A stretch of DNA of 57,556 nucleotides. Origin: Intoshia linei (taxonomy: Eukaryota > Animalia > Orthonectida). Positions 52,401-57,556 of this stretch are shown here, one piece after another. The DNA is taken from the NCBI GenBank assembly GCA_001642005.1, contig LWCA01000083.1, positions 1-57,556 on the forward strand. The letters are read 5' to 3'. Under the pieces are notes generated by a model that was not told the origin of the DNA, searched no databases, and was given only the letters and a program-made list of their open reading frames with translations. How positions within the stretch are numbered: position 1 is the stretch's first letter; each line of letters opens with the position of its first letter. Position numbers and translations under genes: made by a program.

Positions 52401-53562
52401 TAATGAAAATGGTAAATAATATTGTCGATTCAAAGATATTATATTTATGGAAATTGATAGAAGTAAAAAAAAGAAACCAATACGTTAATAATTTATTCTC
52501 CAGTATTAAGATTCTTTTGAAACCTCTCAAAGAATCTACCACATATTTAAGCTACCGTTTACCCTATATAGGTTTTTATAATTTAAAAATTATTATGCAG
52601 TTTAAATTTAACATTATCTACCAGTCTATATATAAACGTTTATTTGCGACGGTTCCAAGGAATCGGGAAGCGCTGTTTTTAGCTAGTGGTAAAAATTTAA
52701 AAAACCAGTAAATGAAAAAATATGTTTTCGAAAATTGCTAGATAATTTTAACTATAAATTGACACAATATGGAATTTGGTATTATTTAAATATTTCAATT
52801 TAGATTTTATTCAAACCACCTTATTAGATTCCAATTTTTTCCATATTTCACAACATTGTTTTGATAATTTCAAGCATATAAATAAAGGTATTTATTATAT
52901 CTCTACGAAATGGTTACAATTCATTTAATACAATTATTTTTTACCCATCCTTATCTTCACATATTATAAACTAATGAAATAAGTGACAAAATATAAATGA
53001 CAAAACTCCAACTCTTAGACAAGAATCAAATGACCCATTTATTTTATTTCATTTATAATTGTTCTTATTAATATAATTATAAGGTATATCTTCTAAAATT
53101 GATCACGATAAGCGGATTTTACTGTACTATTTATACAATAATAATTTTTAAGTCTCGGGTAATTAAAATCTTGGGATGCGAGAGTAAATAATTATCAAAT
53201 TAATCATAATACATATATAAACAGTATAGAAACATGGACAATTTACAAGTAAACAAATAAAATTTTCACAGTTTTGTCGTGTTTTCATTTGATATAAGGC
53301 GTTTAGAACACTATTTATTTCGAGTTTTTACTTATCATTATCATTTAGATTTAAACAAAACCACCATTATTGTATTAAAAAGTTACCGTTTTGCTATGCC
53401 CGACTCGGGAAAATATAGATTTGATGATTACATTTATTTTATCATTTTAAATGAGAATTCAATCAACTTAAATATTATTTACGAATGCGTCAATTTAAAA
53501 TCTCAATCTGAAAAGTACAATTTGCAAAAACCAAAATTGAAAGCAATTTGGAATAATAAAGG
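49457..53562 (+). CDS. Latrophilin/Cirl-like adhesion GPCR, extracellular part (signal peptide, SUEL lectin, HRM, GAIN-like region)
   Basis: Exons 49457-49566, 49609-49770, 50427-50536, 51751-51960, 52007-52206, 52397-52571, 52804-52887, then tentatively 53084-53123 and 53272-53562. Eight-Cys SUEL domain ICED...ITC...AFYGRR...C...C........QRCNKNKTC.VEAS..LFGNPC....KYLYIEYYC. HRM domain C...FWDKTNVG.FA...C.....VHRFC....W.....DNC. GPS-start-like EC....WNNKG. Confidence 0.8.
49886..50354 (-). mobile_element. Internally deleted Helitron-like element with both termini
   Basis: Minus strand reads A/TCCTTACTTATATAA ... CTAG/T (5'-TC, CTAG-3', AT insertion site, no TSD). A 15-bp AGCACCTAGATTTAT tandem repeat marks the deletion junction. 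Confidence 0.8.
50563..51640 (-). mobile_element. Longer Helitron-like copy in adhesion-GPCR intron 3
   Basis: Same 5' end (TTATATAAGTAAGGAT on the + strand) and a degenerate 3' end. Long internal similarity with the 49886 and 5243 copies. Confidence 0.75.
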
Positions 53563-54550
53563 GTAATAATAAATTATCTAAACTGTGTAATATAAACAAA
53601 TCATAATCTACGTCAAAGGTCTTTAAACTTTTTATCTCTAGGAGCATTCAGAAGTGAACCTAACATATTATAGGACCGAAATAAGAATGTTCCTTAAAAA
53701 TTTTGGAACTATCCACCTTTCCATCACCCGTGCAGGGCCTGGACTCGCAGTTCTATTTTTACACACCATTTGTGCAATTGAAAAATATAATCATTTTTAA
53801 ATGCAATTTGGAAAAATCAGCTCACCATTTTGCTAAAATTTCGATTCGAATATAATTTGAATCGAATTTATATTTTAACATCAGAATACAGTCTAACCCA
53901 GCGTTTCCCAATCTTATTTACTTTATGGTGCAGAAGTTAATAAATAAAAGTTAAAAGTTTGGCGCACCTTAAATTTTGATAAGAAAAAAACATTATAATT
54001 ATGTAAATCCCAAATTTTTTATTAATGAACTGTCAATGTAAAAGTTTGAAACTAATTTTTCAAAATTTATAAAATAAAGTCAAATTTCTTTGCGGCGTAC
54101 CGGGGTTTAGAATTACTGGTCCAATCTGCCAATAAAAAAATACTAAAGGTCAGATTTCTGGCAGATACATTACTAAAAAATTTGGTTCTTTAATGCAAGG
54201 ATGGGCAACTTATGATTTGCGGCCGGATCCGGCCCGTATAATTTTTTTTATATTTATAGATTTTATTTTTTTAATACTACTTTTACTAAATACATAGTAG
54301 CAGATATAGAACATATACATAATAGTAGAACGATCTACTGAGTAGGTAGTAAATTTTTAAATTATCAGAATCTACCATTTGGCCCGTTACTATCATAACG
54401 CTTCCCACCATAAGGTTTATATTTTTTATAATTATGAGTTTCGAAAAGTGAACATTTGAAAAAATTAGTATAAACATTTCTAAAAATGAATAGTCTCGTA
54501 AGGGTTAATATATATCTACATTAGTTGTAGTTTACAACTAATAAGGGTAT

Positions 54551-54864
54551 ATTTAATAAGTTCAGAATAATTGATTCTACATAGAATTCGGAAGCAGAAC
54601 TGATATTCATCATGTAAAAAAATCGGTAATCATGATATTCATATCTGCCCAATGTTTTCATCATATTAAATCTTGGCGTAGGTTATTGATCACATCCATA
54701 ACCATTAATGATGACAAATCAAGAAAATCAAAGCACATTTAATAAGTTCAGAATAATTGATTCTACATAAAATTCGGAAGCAGAACTGATATTCATCATG
54801 TAAAAAAATCAGAAAAATTGGTAATCATGATATTCATATCTGCCCAATGTTTTCATCATATTAA
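54551..54864. repeat. Direct duplication of ~120 bp
   Basis: 54551-54669 and 54737-54864 are nearly identical (ATTTAATAAGTTCAGAATAATTGATTCTACATA...TCATCATATTAA); the second copy has a short insertion. Confidence 0.9.
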
Positions 54865-55700
54865 CATAAAATACAACTTAATTCAATTATAATTTAAAGT
54901 TATAATTAAAACTTACTAAAATTTCACCTCGAAATAAACACGTTGATCGATAATGAAATAAAATAAAAATGATTCAAATTAAAATCATTACTATAGATTA
55001 AATAACCAAATGATCATTGCTACTGGTAATTAGTCATTTGAATTTAAAGTTTACTTTTTTGCTAATACACATGTACAAATATTGTACGAATGGGACAATA
55101 CTCTATTCTAGTAATGAGGGAATGTTTTTGATGTAAAAATATTTACTTTAAAAAAATATTATTTGGATTAGAATTAAAATTATTGTCCTTTTTTAGTTTA
55201 TGACTTAGTTATTGAATATTTTTGTAATGGTTAGAGTTAAATAAAATAGGTACAGGCGAATTCCTCGTTAACATATTTTTTATAAATAATCATATATTAA
55301 AGCAGGGATTTCCGTTTTCAATCCAAAATTATATGCCGGCTCCCTGAGATTCAATAAAATGTAGAAAAATTTTGATCAATTTTTGTTTATTTTATGGGAG
55401 AATTTTTAATATTTATTACAGAGTTTCTACATGTTGATTATCCCAAAGCCTAGACGACGGCTACATTATTAATTCAAAAATCTAACTTTTATCCCACCAA
55501 TAATAAAATTTAATAGAAATACCATTTCTAGCCTTCAGGGAAAAATTGACTTTGACTGATATTTTTTTGAAAAATCCGATTTACGAAACCTTATGAAAAA
55601 ATTCACTTAATCAAATCACAAATAAAAAATCCAAATTTCCAACCTTTAAGGGAAAAATCTCTTATTCCAACTTCAATATTACACAAATTTAACCTTATAG

Positions 55701-57556
55701 TCGACATCAAAACTATTCTTACCTTCTTTATGTCAATCATCGCAAATATTACACTTTGCATTATTTATATTATTCTTTATGATCAATTGCGGCTTTTAAC
55801 GTTGTTATCATATGGTACAATTATCGTTACAAATCGAAACGATACGTATAGTTCAAAACTGTCAAACTTGTCGATTGTCACAACTTTCTCATTCATTTTT
55901 TAATATAATTTTATGTTAATGGTTCGTTTGCACCTATAATATTCACCAAAAGATTGGTGTTTTTATTTCACAAAAAAATTAAAAATTTAAATTACAATAA
56001 TAAATTTTAGATATTGGGAAGTGTATATCAATTCTAAATTAACCAAAATGTCAAATAACTGGCAAATTATAACCTTCGTATCCGAAGGTAAATTTTTATT
56101 AATACATAGTAGATGACAGAAAATAAATTATTTTTAATAACATTTCAAGATTAATTATTGGCTTACCTAATAATTAGTTTATGTTGTAGTACCAATTTCA
56201 CAAAACCGCGAAATTTCAGAAATTTTGAGAAAAACAACCAAAACAAACGATAAATAAACCACTTTTCGTAAACATTTGATGAATCTAAATTGATTCAACA
56301 TTTTATAATGTAAAAAGTGTCCATAGCAAATAAAACTTTTTTAAATTTCAACCCAATATGAATACTATGTATACTAGGGTGTTTCAAAAAGTAGAAATTT
56401 TGCTAGTTTTTCTTAGCCTTAGTAAAAATTAAGCTAGTATTTATATTTAGAGTACTATGTGACTTTTATTTTTTCGTAAATGTTGGTGATCGAATTGCGC
56501 ACACAAATAAATATTTTCCTAAAAAATATTGAAAAATAGTTTATTATCTGAATTCTCATTGGTTAATATATCAAAATTAACAGCAAATATGAATATTACA
56601 CGAAATATCTTCATTTTTTAATGACTTTTTATTGAGTTAAACAGAGAAAGACGCCGAACATAGGTGTAACATTTGTAAGACCCACAAATCAAATTAAAAG
56701 AATATAACCATGCCCATAAAAGGGTTTTTCTAATCTTTAATTTAATAGAAACTAAAATTTTTAATAATAAAACAAATACGCATTATACCTAATATAACTT
56801 AAATTCACTATAAATCAACTATGTATTCCTATTCTAATAATTAATATTATGTAAATAAGACAATATTTAATTGTAATTATTTATCTATTCTAAATTAAAT
56901 TAGAATAGTCTAGATTTCTGTCTTCTATAATAATATTAAAATACAGTGTAATACGACATAGTTGAAAATCTAAAATATATTATTAAAATGAAAAAACCAA
57001 AAGTATAGATGAATTTGTCAATTAAAAAGGATCAACTTCTGATACACATCGAAAATTATTCTTTTATTAAATTTAAAATATTTCTGGAGTGATCCTTTAA
57101 AATGTTTAGCCTTGAGAGAGATCATCAGCTACCTTGTTTGTCAACAGTACGTCCAATTTCGGTTTAGACGTATATTTGCGTTTATTAAGAAAAAAAATGC
57201 ATTTTTTCCCCTTTAAGAGACATTTAGTTTTTCGTACATTTTTGATTGATATATTATTGATACACACTTTTTTCATGCATCAAACCAAATATTTAAAACA
57301 AAATTACAACATTCTTTCATAACTATGTTTCTAAAACCCAAAATATATGCCATTAATGCTAAATTAGCGCGGATGTTCTATCTGGCATTTGACATATTTG
57401 ATAATTTCTTTCATTTAATTTTGACTTTTTTTCCAGTATTTTATAGGCATTATAGTTTTTCTAATTCATCATAGTCATCGTTGTACCAATTTCCACCTTT
57501 GCGTATATCAATTTCTCCTATGTAGAATTTTCCATTCCAAATTAACCATAATACAA
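55701..57556 (+). pseudogene. Putative degenerate 7TM exons of the adhesion GPCR
   Basis: TM1-like DIKTILTFFMSIIANITLCIIYIILY and TM2-like SNLSIVTTFSFIFNII (55701-55915). TM3-like GKCISIL / WQIITFVSEG split across frames (56011-56087). TM7-like FHLILTFF/QYFIGIIVFLIHH split at a T7 run (~57430). Confidence 0.4.

Noticed and set aside
44809-53562. Idea that the EH-like peptide is the ligand of the neighbouring adhesion GPCR or of the nested 7TM protein
   Set aside because: Known EH receptors are guanylyl cyclases, and adjacency is not evidence of pairing in animal genomes.
57134-57322. 62-aa ORF as an independent gene
   Set aside because: TTG start and no motif; more likely part of the degenerate GPCR 3' region or a chance ORF.

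Overview
Very AT-rich (roughly three-quarters AT by eye) animal genomic DNA with GT-AG spliceosomal introns, many only 35-60 nt long and others inflated by transposon debris. This resembles a compact parasitic invertebrate such as the orthonectid Intoshia (inference only). Manual splicing recovers six conserved multi-exon genes: TCTE1/DRC5 (+), TBCD (+), TMEM67/meckelin (+), GDE1 (-), DUS3L (+) and ACAA2 (+). It also recovers a latrophilin-like adhesion GPCR (+; SUEL lectin and HRM domains, largely invisible in the ORF track) whose 3' half looks frameshifted. Other notable elements: an intronless orphan 7TM gene nested antisense in the last TMEM67 intron, a six-cysteine eclosion-hormone-like neuropeptide precursor ending 18 bp from the ACAA2 stop, a decayed MEX-3 KH-domain copy inside a DUS3L intron, a Tc1 transposase relic that carries its own intron, and many Helitron, hAT, Tc1/mariner, piggyBac and foldback non-autonomous elements. 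No rRNA, tRNA or CRISPR features were recognised. All calls were made by eye from remembered family motifs; no searches were run.
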